Source of the DNA: Candidatus Fraserbacteria bacterium
GTDB lineage: Bacteria; Bipolaricaulota; Bipolaricaulia; RBG-16-55-9
NCBI GenBank assembly: GCA_037443265.1
Contig: JBBIOR010000032.1
Location: 1-14,279, forward strand
Direction of reading: 5' to 3'
DNA: 14,279 nt
This document shows positions 1-6,812 of this stretch, piece after piece. Position 1 is the first letter of the stretch, and each line of letters begins with the position of its first letter. The position numbers and the translations under genes were made by a program. The notes beneath the pieces are model-generated. The model had not been told where the DNA came from, ran no database searches, and saw only the letters and a program-made list of their open reading frames with translations.

Positions 1-71
1 TGCTCTTGGGGTTCAAGCATCAAGGGCTGAAAGAGCTACAAGGCCGGGTGGAGCTATGGCCGGAGGATTGA
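1..71 (+). CDS. 3' end of an unidentified CDS running in from the left edge (…LLGFKHQGLKELQGRVELWPED*)
   Basis: Frame starting at nt 3 is open to TGA at 69-71 with coding-like codons. Too short to assign a function. Confidence 0.35.
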   Translation, partial: LLGFKHQGLKELQGRVELWPED

Positions 72-243
72 GCTGCCAGTTCCTCACTTGCAGTACTCAA
101 CCCGGATGGTGACCGCGCCCCGCTGCTTCACCTCACCTCTACGGCCTCGCCCTCAGTTTGGACTTAGAGGACCCTGAGGGCGGGCGAGCAGGGCGTTCGT
201 TAAGTCCTCGAGCCGGGGGAGCTCGGCGATGGCGTGCCGCAGT

Positions 244-275
244 CTTGTGTAAGGAATCCTCATTCATTACACAAG
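244..275. repeat. 32-bp near-perfect inverted repeat upstream of the SRAP gene
   Basis: CTTGTGTAA-G-GAAT-cctc-ATTC-A-TTACACAAG: 13 of 14 arm positions are complementary, with a 4-nt centre. AT-rich in a GC-rich context. Confidence 0.8.
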
Positions 276-333
276 GTCAAGCCTCGGCTTCCCTCCCAAG
301 ACGCCGCTGCGTATACTGGATGCGGTGAGGAAG

Positions 334-1008
334 ATGTGCGGCCGCTTCTCGCTGACCGTGGGCGATCGGGATATAGAAGATGAGTTCAAGGTGAAGATCG
401 GGTTTGACCGTCACCCGCGCTACAACATCGCTCCCACGCAAGAAGTCCTGGTGCTGCTGGATGACGGCACTGAGCGACGCATCGAAACCTTCCGCTGGGG
501 CCTGATTCCCCACTGGGCGCCGGATCCCAAGATTGGGAATAAGCTCATCAACGCCCGGGCTGAGACGATCTTTGAGAAGCCCTCGTTCCGCTCGGCAGCC
601 AAGGAGCGGCGCTGCCTCATTCTCGCAGATGGATTCTTCGAGTGGGCCAAGACCGAGAAGGAGAAGGGGAAGATCCCGCTGTATGTGCGGCTCAAATCTG
701 GAAAGCCTTTCGGGTTCGCTGGCTTGTGGGAATCCTGGCAATCTCCGGAGGGAGAAGAGGTCAAGAGCTGCGCGATCGTGACCACCGAGCCCAACGAGCT
801 GATGCTCAGCATTCACAACCGGATGCCGGTGATTGTTCAGAAGAAGCATGAAACAATCTGGCTCGACCCCACCATCAAGGATCCACAAGAGCTCATTGGT
901 GTGTTGCAGCCCTACCCACCGGAGGAGATGGAGGCTTTTCCGGTTTCCAAGCTGGTCAATTCCCCAGCCAATGACCGGCCGGAGTGCATTGTGCCGGTGA
1001 AACGCTAA
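334..1008 (+). CDS. SOS response-associated peptidase (SRAP/YedK/HMCES family, abasic-site protecting protein)
   Basis: Hallmark N-terminal MCGRF (catalytic Cys2, so the true start is ATG 334, not GTG 325), RYNIAPTQ, WGLIP, INARAET, RRCLILADGFFEW, FAGLW, IHNRMPVI, VSKLVNSP. Confidence 0.96.
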   Translation: MCGRFSLTVGDRDIEDEFKVKIGFDRHPRYNIAPTQEVLVLLDDGTERRIETFRWGLIPHWAPDPKIGNKLINARAETIFEKPSFRSAAKERRCLILADGFFEWAKTEKEKGKIPLYVRLKSGKPFGFAGLWESWQSPEGEEVKSCAIVTTEPNELMLSIHNRMPVIVQKKHETIWLDPTIKDPQELIGVLQPYPPEEMEAFPVSKLVNSPANDRPECIVPVKR

Positions 1009-1220
1009 CTCCGCAACAATTCTTGTCTTGATTTTCTCGCACCTCTCAGAGTTCTTCTCAGCGGATGCCCCTGTATGCGGCATCACCAAAATGGGATGCT
1101 ATGGGACTGGTCACCCAGCTGCACGGTGGGTGACCTCCTCAAATGGTGGAAAAGCCACCTATGTATTCGCGTTCGTGGGACCCATAGCCAGCCTTCTGGT
1201 GCAGGGCGACCTAGGTCACC

Positions 1221-1250
1221 TTGACAAAGGGGGGGACTCCTGACAATATT
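1221..1250 (+). promoter_or_regulatory. Putative sigma70 promoter for the membrane regulator gene
   Basis: Perfect TTGACA at 1221-1226. Imperfect -10 candidate CAATAT at 1244-1249 (17-bp spacer), ~115 bp upstream of the ORF at 1364. Confidence 0.45.
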
Positions 1251-1363
1251 GAGACAATAGGATCTATTTCGAGCTTTGCGGGAAACAGCGCAGCTATATT
1301 CCCTGCAAAGTGGTTGAGTGTAAAAGGGGATCTGGAGCAGCGCATCGCCGTAGAGGGTAAAGT

Positions 1364-2323
1364 GTGATGAACAACAAAAGAGCTTGGTTGTCCATCATGA
1401 GTTTAGTGTTGCTGTTTGCAGCGATTACGGCGCTTGCCATATACCTTCACACAGTGAGTCTGGAGCAAACCTTCATCGGAAGCGTGGCGTGGCTTGCCCA
1501 TGCCTTTGCGGATGAGGTGGCTCATCACACGGCCATGGCCAGTCAAGATGAACGGACTCTGCAAAAAGAATTAGCGATGTGGGCTGAGAAGGTGGTTCAG
1601 GAATACCTGCTTTACGCCCAAGTCGTCAAGGGCGGGCAATCCCTGGCAGAGGCCAAAGCCCCTCAGGCCATCAATGTGAAGCTGGACGTAGAAACTCCCT
1701 CTTCGGAGATGTCAGTCACCAAGGGACACCTAGCTGATGGGACGCCGTACTTAGATATGGTCAAGGCGCTGGAGCTGCCTGAGGGCAGCGATCAGTCAGA
1801 AAGCTATCTGCGCATAGGGGTCTCTCTGGCGCGGGTCAGTTCGGCGATTCAGACGGGCACATTGATCCTCGCACTAGCCAGCCTGGTGGGCATCTTCCTC
1901 GGTTCCCTCCTAATACTCCATCTTAGTCAGGCCAGGGGGGCACAAGAGTCGCAGCCAACGACTGCCTCTGAGCCGGCATCGGCCAGCGCCGGAGTTACTG
2001 GCAAGGAGCCAGGCAGGGCTAACTCCCTCTGGCAGGTTGGCCAGCTGTTGATTGACGATCGACGCAAAGAGGTGCACATCAACGGTCGTAGTGCTCAACT
2101 GACCCCGCGGGAATACGCCGTGTTGAAAGTGCTGGCTTCCGATCCCAATCGGGTCTTCTCCGATGAAGAGATCATTGCTCAGGTCTGGCCAGAGAATTCG
2201 TTGGCCTCCGCTGATGATGTCCGCAAATACATTCGCTTCTTAAGAAAGAAGCTGGAAGAAGACCCCAGAAATCCGCAAGTCATTATCACCATCAAGGGTT
2301 TCGGCTACAGGCTACAGGCCTAA
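1364..2323 (+). CDS. Membrane-anchored transcriptional regulator: two TM helices flanking an extracytoplasmic sensor domain, plus a C-terminal OmpR/PhoB-type winged-helix DNA-binding domain
   Basis: Hydrophobic segments at aa ~7-29 and ~166-187, then a low-complexity linker. C-terminus LLIDDRRKEVHING..QLTPREYAVLKVLASDPNRVFSDEEIIAQVW…VRKYIRFLRKKLEEDPRNPQVIITIKGFGYRL is a classic Trans_reg_C domain. No receiver Asp domain or His-kinase motifs. Start GTG 1364 or ATG 1367. Confidence 0.9.
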   Translation: MMNNKRAWLSIMSLVLLFAAITALAIYLHTVSLEQTFIGSVAWLAHAFADEVAHHTAMASQDERTLQKELAMWAEKVVQEYLLYAQVVKGGQSLAEAKAPQAINVKLDVETPSSEMSVTKGHLADGTPYLDMVKALELPEGSDQSESYLRIGVSLARVSSAIQTGTLILALASLVGIFLGSLLILHLSQARGAQESQPTTASEPASASAGVTGKEPGRANSLWQVGQLLIDDRRKEVHINGRSAQLTPREYAVLKVLASDPNRVFSDEEIIAQVWPENSLASADDVRKYIRFLRKKLEEDPRNPQVIITIKGFGYRLQA

Positions 2324-2330
2324 GGAACGA

Positions 2331-2395
2331 GCCTTCTACGCGCTTTTCACGGGATTTCCCCTCGTTTTTCCCCTGATCTCCATGGATTTTCCCCA
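2331..2395 (+). promoter_or_regulatory. Array of 5-6 degenerate direct repeats with ~11-bp period; candidate operator for an OmpR-type winged-helix regulator
   Basis: Units start at 2331 GCCTTCTACGC, 2342 GCTTTTCACGG, 2353 GATTTCCCCTC, 2364 GTTTTTCCCCT, 2375 GATCTCCATG, 2385 GATTTTCCCCA. Confidence 0.55.
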
Positions 2396-2417
2396 CTTCA
2401 GCATCCTATTTGTAGTG

Positions 2418-2439
2418 TTGAGGATCTAAAGATCTTCAA
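2418..2439. promoter_or_regulatory. Palindromic operator, probably the Rrf2 autoregulatory site
   Basis: TTGAGGATCT-AA-AGATCTTCAA (9/10 arm match), ending 11 bp upstream of the rrf2 start and directly after a TAGTGT -10-like hexamer (2413-2418). Confidence 0.6.
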
Positions 2440-2450
2440 GTGAGAATGAA

Positions 2451-2915
2451 GTGATCTACTCGAATGCTTGTGAATATGCGATTCGGGCATTGACCCATCT
2501 GGCCATGCATCCACAAGAGAAGCTGTGCAAGGAGATTGCAGCCGGTGAGAGGGTCCCCCGCTATTTCTTGGGCAAGATCTTGCAGAGCTTAGTGCGGGCG
2601 GGGCTGCTGCAATCAACGCCGGGGCGCAAGGGTGGCTTCACACTGGCTCGAGCGCCTGAACACATCACACTCTATGATATTAAAGCAGCCATAGACGGCA
2701 CTCGGGATCTCTGTGAATGCGCCATCGGGTTAGAGCAATGCTCTGATGAGACCCCTTGCCCGCTGCATGAGATCTGGAAACCTATCCGACTGCAGCTCAT
2801 GAACTATCTACAGAGAACTACGCTAGCGGAGCTGGCTGCAGCTGTACAGAAGAAAAGGGTTCATAGGGGCAAAGGCCGACGTGGGGCATGTCGAGCTAAC
2901 GGGCTGCAGCCCTGA
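2451..2915 (+). CDS. Rrf2 family transcriptional regulator (likely Fe-S binding)
   Basis: YSNACEYAIRAL, EIA…VPRYFLGKILQSLVRAGLLQSTPGRKGGFTLAR.PE.ITLYDI. C-terminal C-x6-C-x5-C-x2-H (CAIGLEQCSDETPCPLH) resembles the IscR 3Cys/1His ligand set. Confidence 0.95.
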   Translation: MIYSNACEYAIRALTHLAMHPQEKLCKEIAAGERVPRYFLGKILQSLVRAGLLQSTPGRKGGFTLARAPEHITLYDIKAAIDGTRDLCECAIGLEQCSDETPCPLHEIWKPIRLQLMNYLQRTTLAELAAAVQKKRVHRGKGRRGACRANGLQP

Positions 2916-2947
2916 TGACCGTTAGAGTTCTTCAAGGAGGACAAGCC

Positions 2948-4072
2948 ATGGCCAATGTGCGCAGAATTGCTCAGATGACGCGGCGGTCCTTCCTCAAATG
3001 GGGTCTGGCTATAAGCACGCTGGCCGGCCTCAGTGGGGGTGGATATGCCCCCCTTGTGGTAAGAGGGGAGGGATCTTTTGGGCGGGTCGGCGATGTAGTC
3101 GACTTCGCCCTGGAAAGCAGAGAGTGGCCGGGAGACTTCGGGTATGTGACCTTCCGCCTACAGCGCGGCTTCTACGACTGCCAACAGACCTTCTTCATCC
3201 GGACAGATTGCTCGGATCGATCGTTTGCAGAAGAGCAGGGGCTCCGATTCGTTCCCCGCTTAAGGCAAGCCCTTGGTGTTCAAGGGGTCGTTGGGGACTT
3301 GTATCTCTTCAAGGAGGATATAGTTGGAGACCGGGGCTACCGGCCTTTACCGGTGTTGAGCACCGTCCCCGGTCAGCCCGACTACAGCCCCCTCTTTAGG
3401 GTCCACTTCATTACCGAGGCGAAGTTCCCTGAACTTTTGGTCTCGGTGAAGGCGATCGAGGCGAGCGTACGAGTCGGCGAAGCCAAGGTCGAGACGACGG
3501 ACATCGTGGTCAATTATCCCGTGGTCCGGTGGCCTGTGATGACCCCCTCGCCCGAGGGGACCGGCGGCTACGTTGAGCTACCTCACGACACCACACTTGA
3601 AGAATATCTGGGAGGCGGGCAGCTGATCAGGCCGGTTGACCTGCTGAAGCAGACGGTCACCTTCAAGCTCCAGAAGTGTTTCCCCAATTTCCGCTACATC
3701 GTCACGGACGTCTCCATGGCCGATCCGGCGGCGAAGATGAACATCGCCTACTCACCCGGCTTAGCCCGGCTGTGGGAGGCGCGCAAGGCGCTCGCGCGGG
3801 TGTTTGTCTTCGGCAACGGAATCCCCGGTGGAGGTCCTATGGGCTTCCAGTCGAGCATCATGGACCCCAAGGTGACGAGCAATTTCTGGAGCCCGCTCTG
3901 GGAGCACTTCACCGTGCTATGGCAGGACCCGGCCAAGGCCGTGCTGATCACCGACGAGCGGGAGCTTCGCCGCAGGCTGGATCGAGGGGAGCTGGAGCGC
4001 TTCATCGGGACGCCCGCGACCCATCCCCAGGGCTTCGTAGTCAACTGCCCGATCCCGGTGGTGGAAGGGTGA
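2948..4072 (+). CDS. Tat-exported protein of unknown function with two 'SPL(W/F)…VVN(C/Y)P' repeat domains (resembles DUF7482-type proteins)
   Basis: AGGAGG RBS at 2935-2940 before ATG 2948. Twin-arginine motif TRRSFLK followed by an h-region. Internal duplication PDYSPLFRVHF…VVNYPVV / NFWSPLWEHF…VVNCPIP, plus a GGPMGFQ motif. The DUF label is from memory and unverified. Confidence 0.8.
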   Translation: MANVRRIAQMTRRSFLKWGLAISTLAGLSGGGYAPLVVRGEGSFGRVGDVVDFALESREWPGDFGYVTFRLQRGFYDCQQTFFIRTDCSDRSFAEEQGLRFVPRLRQALGVQGVVGDLYLFKEDIVGDRGYRPLPVLSTVPGQPDYSPLFRVHFITEAKFPELLVSVKAIEASVRVGEAKVETTDIVVNYPVVRWPVMTPSPEGTGGYVELPHDTTLEEYLGGGQLIRPVDLLKQTVTFKLQKCFPNFRYIVTDVSMADPAAKMNIAYSPGLARLWEARKALARVFVFGNGIPGGGPMGFQSSIMDPKVTSNFWSPLWEHFTVLWQDPAKAVLITDERELRRRLDRGELERFIGTPATHPQGFVVNCPIPVVEG

Positions 4073-4157
4073 GAACAGGGAGGTGATTAGCCGCTCAAAG
4101 GCAGTTCTAAGATCTACATAGCACTATATATAAAGGCAAGGGAGAGGTGACGCAAAA

Positions 4158-4802
4158 ATGAAACTCACGTTCAGAGTTGTCCAGTTGTTGCTGACCGTAG
4201 CGTTGATTGGCATCACAGGTGTCGTCGTGAGCAGCTTACAGCCGACGGAACGCGCGACTGCGGCCCAGCTATCGCCGACCTGCACGGCGAATGCTCCTGT
4301 CAGGGAGTTCTTCGTCGTCACGGGCGAATGGGACACCACACTCAAAGGCCATCTGAAGGATCGTGGGAAAGATCGCCAGAAGGATGAGAAACTGGAGCGC
4401 TACACCTTCGATCCCGCTACCATCATCGTTCACGTAGGGGATTGTGTGGTACTACGCATTCATGACCTCAAGGGAAGCCACCACAACGTGACCATTGAGG
4501 GTACAGGGATTGACTCTGCAGGCGCTCCGATCATCGACGATAGCGGCACAGCGATTGGCACAGCGCGCGCACGACCTAATCCAAACGCTGCCTTTGAAGG
4601 TCCTGCCGATCTAAAAGACGGTGAGTTCGCCCGCGGAGAACAGATCGAGCTCAGGTTCCAAGCGGATCAGCCTGGGACCTTCCGGATCATCTGTGAGGTC
4701 CACACCTTCATTGGCTCCAACGGCGAACTCAAGGGATACGATGACTCGGGCAAACCCATGGGTGGCCCGATGGTCGGTTATCTCGTCGTGTTGCCAAGAT
4801 GA
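4158..4802 (+). CDS. Secreted cupredoxin-domain protein with an extended copper-ligand loop
   Basis: N-terminal signal/anchor. FDPATIIVHVGDCVVLRI, H(H)NVTIEG, F.ADQPGTFRIIC-EV-H…M-VGYLVV give the cupredoxin fold with His/Cys/His/Met ligands. GAGGTGA RBS upstream. Confidence 0.88.
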   Translation: MKLTFRVVQLLLTVALIGITGVVVSSLQPTERATAAQLSPTCTANAPVREFFVVTGEWDTTLKGHLKDRGKDRQKDEKLERYTFDPATIIVHVGDCVVLRIHDLKGSHHNVTIEGTGIDSAGAPIIDDSGTAIGTARARPNPNAAFEGPADLKDGEFARGEQIELRFQADQPGTFRIICEVHTFIGSNGELKGYDDSGKPMGGPMVGYLVVLPR

Positions 4803-5413
4803 TGCCCGGGCATGGAGGTGGGAAGCCTGAGTTGCAGAAGGTGGCTAGGCTTCCCGCCTTCCTTCTTCGATTGAGTCAATTTAAGAAAACTCTCGCCATC
4901 GGCGTAGTCCTCTCGATCGTGATGGCCTTGTTCATCTGGATGCTGCAGCTCGTGGCAGAATATCCCGGTGTGGAGCGCACTTTCATCCTTCCCTCCTGGT
5001 TCACAGGCAGTGCGGAATCTCCTGTTCAGCCTTCACCACAACACGCGCAAGAGACTCTTGAAAAGAACGAGCTAGGTCAATCAGGGGGGTACACGGTCAT
5101 CAGGGGCACAGAAGTGGAGATCAACGAGAGGGAGTACAAGCTGGAGCCGAATCAGATCCGGATAGAAGTCAAGTCGCTCCCAGCCACGATCACCTTCGTG
5201 CTCCACAACCAGGGCCGCTTCTCCCACGACTTCGAGGTCAAAGGCCACGGGATCGACGCCAAAGCCCCCAAGTTCGGCCCCGGGCGCACCCAAGAGTTTG
5301 AGGTGACCTTCGGGGAGCCGGGCGAGTACGAGATCCTCTGCCCGTTGAGCAACCATGCCGAACGCGGCATGCGGGGGACCCTCGTCGTCAAGGGGGAGCA
5401 CGATGCCCGTTGA
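4799..5413 (+). CDS. Membrane-anchored type-1 (blue) copper protein / cupredoxin
   Basis: TM helix at aa ~32-52. EYKLEPNQIRI, FVLHNQG..SHDF, PGEYEILCPLSNHAERGMRGTLVV (C-x4-H-x4-M). ATGA overlap with the upstream gene. Confidence 0.92.
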   Translation: MMPGHGGGKPELQKVARLPAFLLRLSQFKKTLAIGVVLSIVMALFIWMLQLVAEYPGVERTFILPSWFTGSAESPVQPSPQHAQETLEKNELGQSGGYTVIRGTEVEINEREYKLEPNQIRIEVKSLPATITFVLHNQGRFSHDFEVKGHGIDAKAPKFGPGRTQEFEVTFGEPGEYEILCPLSNHAERGMRGTLVVKGEHDAR

Positions 5414-6812
5414 CATCCCAGGACTGGGCGCCCGCAACGCCCTGTGGCTTGTGGCCCAGCTCCACCTCTTCTTTGCGGCCTTTGTGCTCGGCGCGCCCAT
5501 TTTTATTGTTATCAGCGAGTATCTAGGCCTGCGTACCCAAGATCAAAGATACGAGCGCCTCGCGCAAGAGACGATGAAGGTCGTGGCCATTGCCTATTCG
5601 CTCACAGCCATCTTCGGCGTGCTCTTCGCCTTCGTGCTCATGGGGCCCTATCAGCCATTGACGAATTATCTATTTAAGACGCTCTATCCCCTCTGGACCC
5701 TATACGGGCTCTTTATTCTTTTAGAAACCGTCTGCATGTATCTCTATTGGTACACCTGGGGGCCTCTGAGCAAAACACCAGGGCGCAAGTGGGCGCACAT
5801 CAGCCTAGGCGTTCTTTTGAACATTTTGGGTACCATCGTGATGCTCCTCATGAACGCCGTGGGCGGCTTCATGAATACCCCTCCCAAAGAGATCGAAGCG
5901 GCAAGCCTATGGGAGATGGTCAACAACGCCGCCTGGTGGCCGCTGAATCTGCATCGCTTTCTCGGCAACGTGACCTTCGGGGGGTTTGTGGTCGCGCTCT
6001 TTGCGGCCTTTATGTTTCTGACGTCCCCAAAAGAAGAGGACAGAAAATTCTACGACTGGATGGGCTATATTGGGAATTTGATCGGCGTGGGCACGCTCAT
6101 GACGATGCCCCTGGCGGGCTATATTCTCTCCAAAGAACTGTTTCTTTACGACGCGCAGCTGGCAACGTTTATGATGGCCGACAAGCTCTCGGGGTATTTT
6201 GTGGTACAGGGGCTTCTGGTCGTGTTGCTCTTTCTGGGGGCCAATTTTTATATGTGGCTCTCCATGCAGCGCATCGAGGGGGGTCTTCGTTTTGAGCCGC
6301 ACATGAAGGCCATCTTCGCTGTGCTGTTGGCCGGGGGCATCATCTGGGTGGTGCCGCAGAACTTCTTTCCCGATCTTTTGGCCAAGCCCCCGCCGGGGGT
6401 GAGCGAGCAGGCTTTAATCCTGCCAGAGCGTTTTGCGTTCTTGGGTTTGATGGTGGCCAAAGCCTTGGCCGTGACAGCCATTATTATCATGACGTTTGTG
6501 ACGTATCTGCTCTATCGGCGGGCGCGCGCCACGGGCAAAATTTTATGGGGCCGCATCGACCCGATGGCCCAGTACGTTTTGATCTTCATCCCCGCCGTGG
6601 CCGTCTATTTGATGGGGCTGATGGGCGCGATCCGTGAACTTACTCGCATGGACTATCACATTTACGGCCTAATCAAAGACGTGACCCCTTACTGGTATAC
6701 CGTCACGTTGGGGCATTCGTCCATTATGGTGGCGATCACGACGATATTATTTTTCGTGCTGCAGGCGTTCATCTTTTGGGTTGGGTTTGTGATGGGGAAG
6801 GTTTATGAGTGA
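5403..6812 (+). CDS. Cytochrome bd-like oxidase subunit I (CydA fold; resembles the Nitrospira-type/OR-N bd-like oxidases)
   Basis: ATG 5403 after an AAGGGGGAG RBS; polytopic membrane protein. QLHLFFAAFVLG (E. coli CydA H19 equivalent), LLET (E107 equivalent), GFMNTP, NLHRFLGN (H186 equivalent), YDWMGYIGN, GLMVAK (possible M393 equivalent), GAIRELTR (E445/R448 equivalent). No recognisable Q-loop QP.KLAA.E motif. Confidence 0.85.
   Translation: MPVDIPGLGARNALWLVAQLHLFFAAFVLGAPIFIVISEYLGLRTQDQRYERLAQETMKVVAIAYSLTAIFGVLFAFVLMGPYQPLTNYLFKTLYPLWTLYGLFILLETVCMYLYWYTWGPLSKTPGRKWAHISLGVLLNILGTIVMLLMNAVGGFMNTPPKEIEAASLWEMVNNAAWWPLNLHRFLGNVTFGGFVVALFAAFMFLTSPKEEDRKFYDWMGYIGNLIGVGTLMTMPLAGYILSKELFLYDAQLATFMMADKLSGYFVVQGLLVVLLFLGANFYMWLSMQRIEGGLRFEPHMKAIFAVLLAGGIIWVVPQNFFPDLLAKPPPGVSEQALILPERFAFLGLMVAKALAVTAIIIMTFVTYLLYRRARATGKILWGRIDPMAQYVLIFIPAVAVYLMGLMGAIRELTRMDYHIYGLIKDVTPYWYTVTLGHSSIMVAITTILFFVLQAFIFWVGFVMGKVYE

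Noticed and set aside
277..1089. 270-aa minus-strand ORF
   Set aside because: Antisense shadow of the well-supported SRAP gene, with no recognisable motifs.
1028..1243. 71-aa ORF in the SRAP-regulator intergenic region
   Set aside because: TTG start without an RBS, no homology cues, and it overlaps likely promoter elements.
2331..2395. CRISPR array or intrinsic terminator
   Set aside because: The units are ~11 bp, degenerate and have no spacers, and there is no GC stem followed by a U-tract. No CRISPR array, tRNA or rRNA was seen anywhere in the window.
4078..4086. Strong Shine-Dalgarno GGGAGGTGA after the Tat-protein gene
   Set aside because: No start codon at a usable distance. It may be a relic of a lost gene, but this cannot be supported.
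5355..5402. Longer ORF-track starts for the oxidase (5355), Mrp (7804), USP (10351), last cupredoxin (11639) and Tat protein (2915)
   Set aside because: The extensions overlap upstream genes or lack an RBS. Good RBS-ATG pairs exist at 5403, 7969, 10516, 11693 and 2948.
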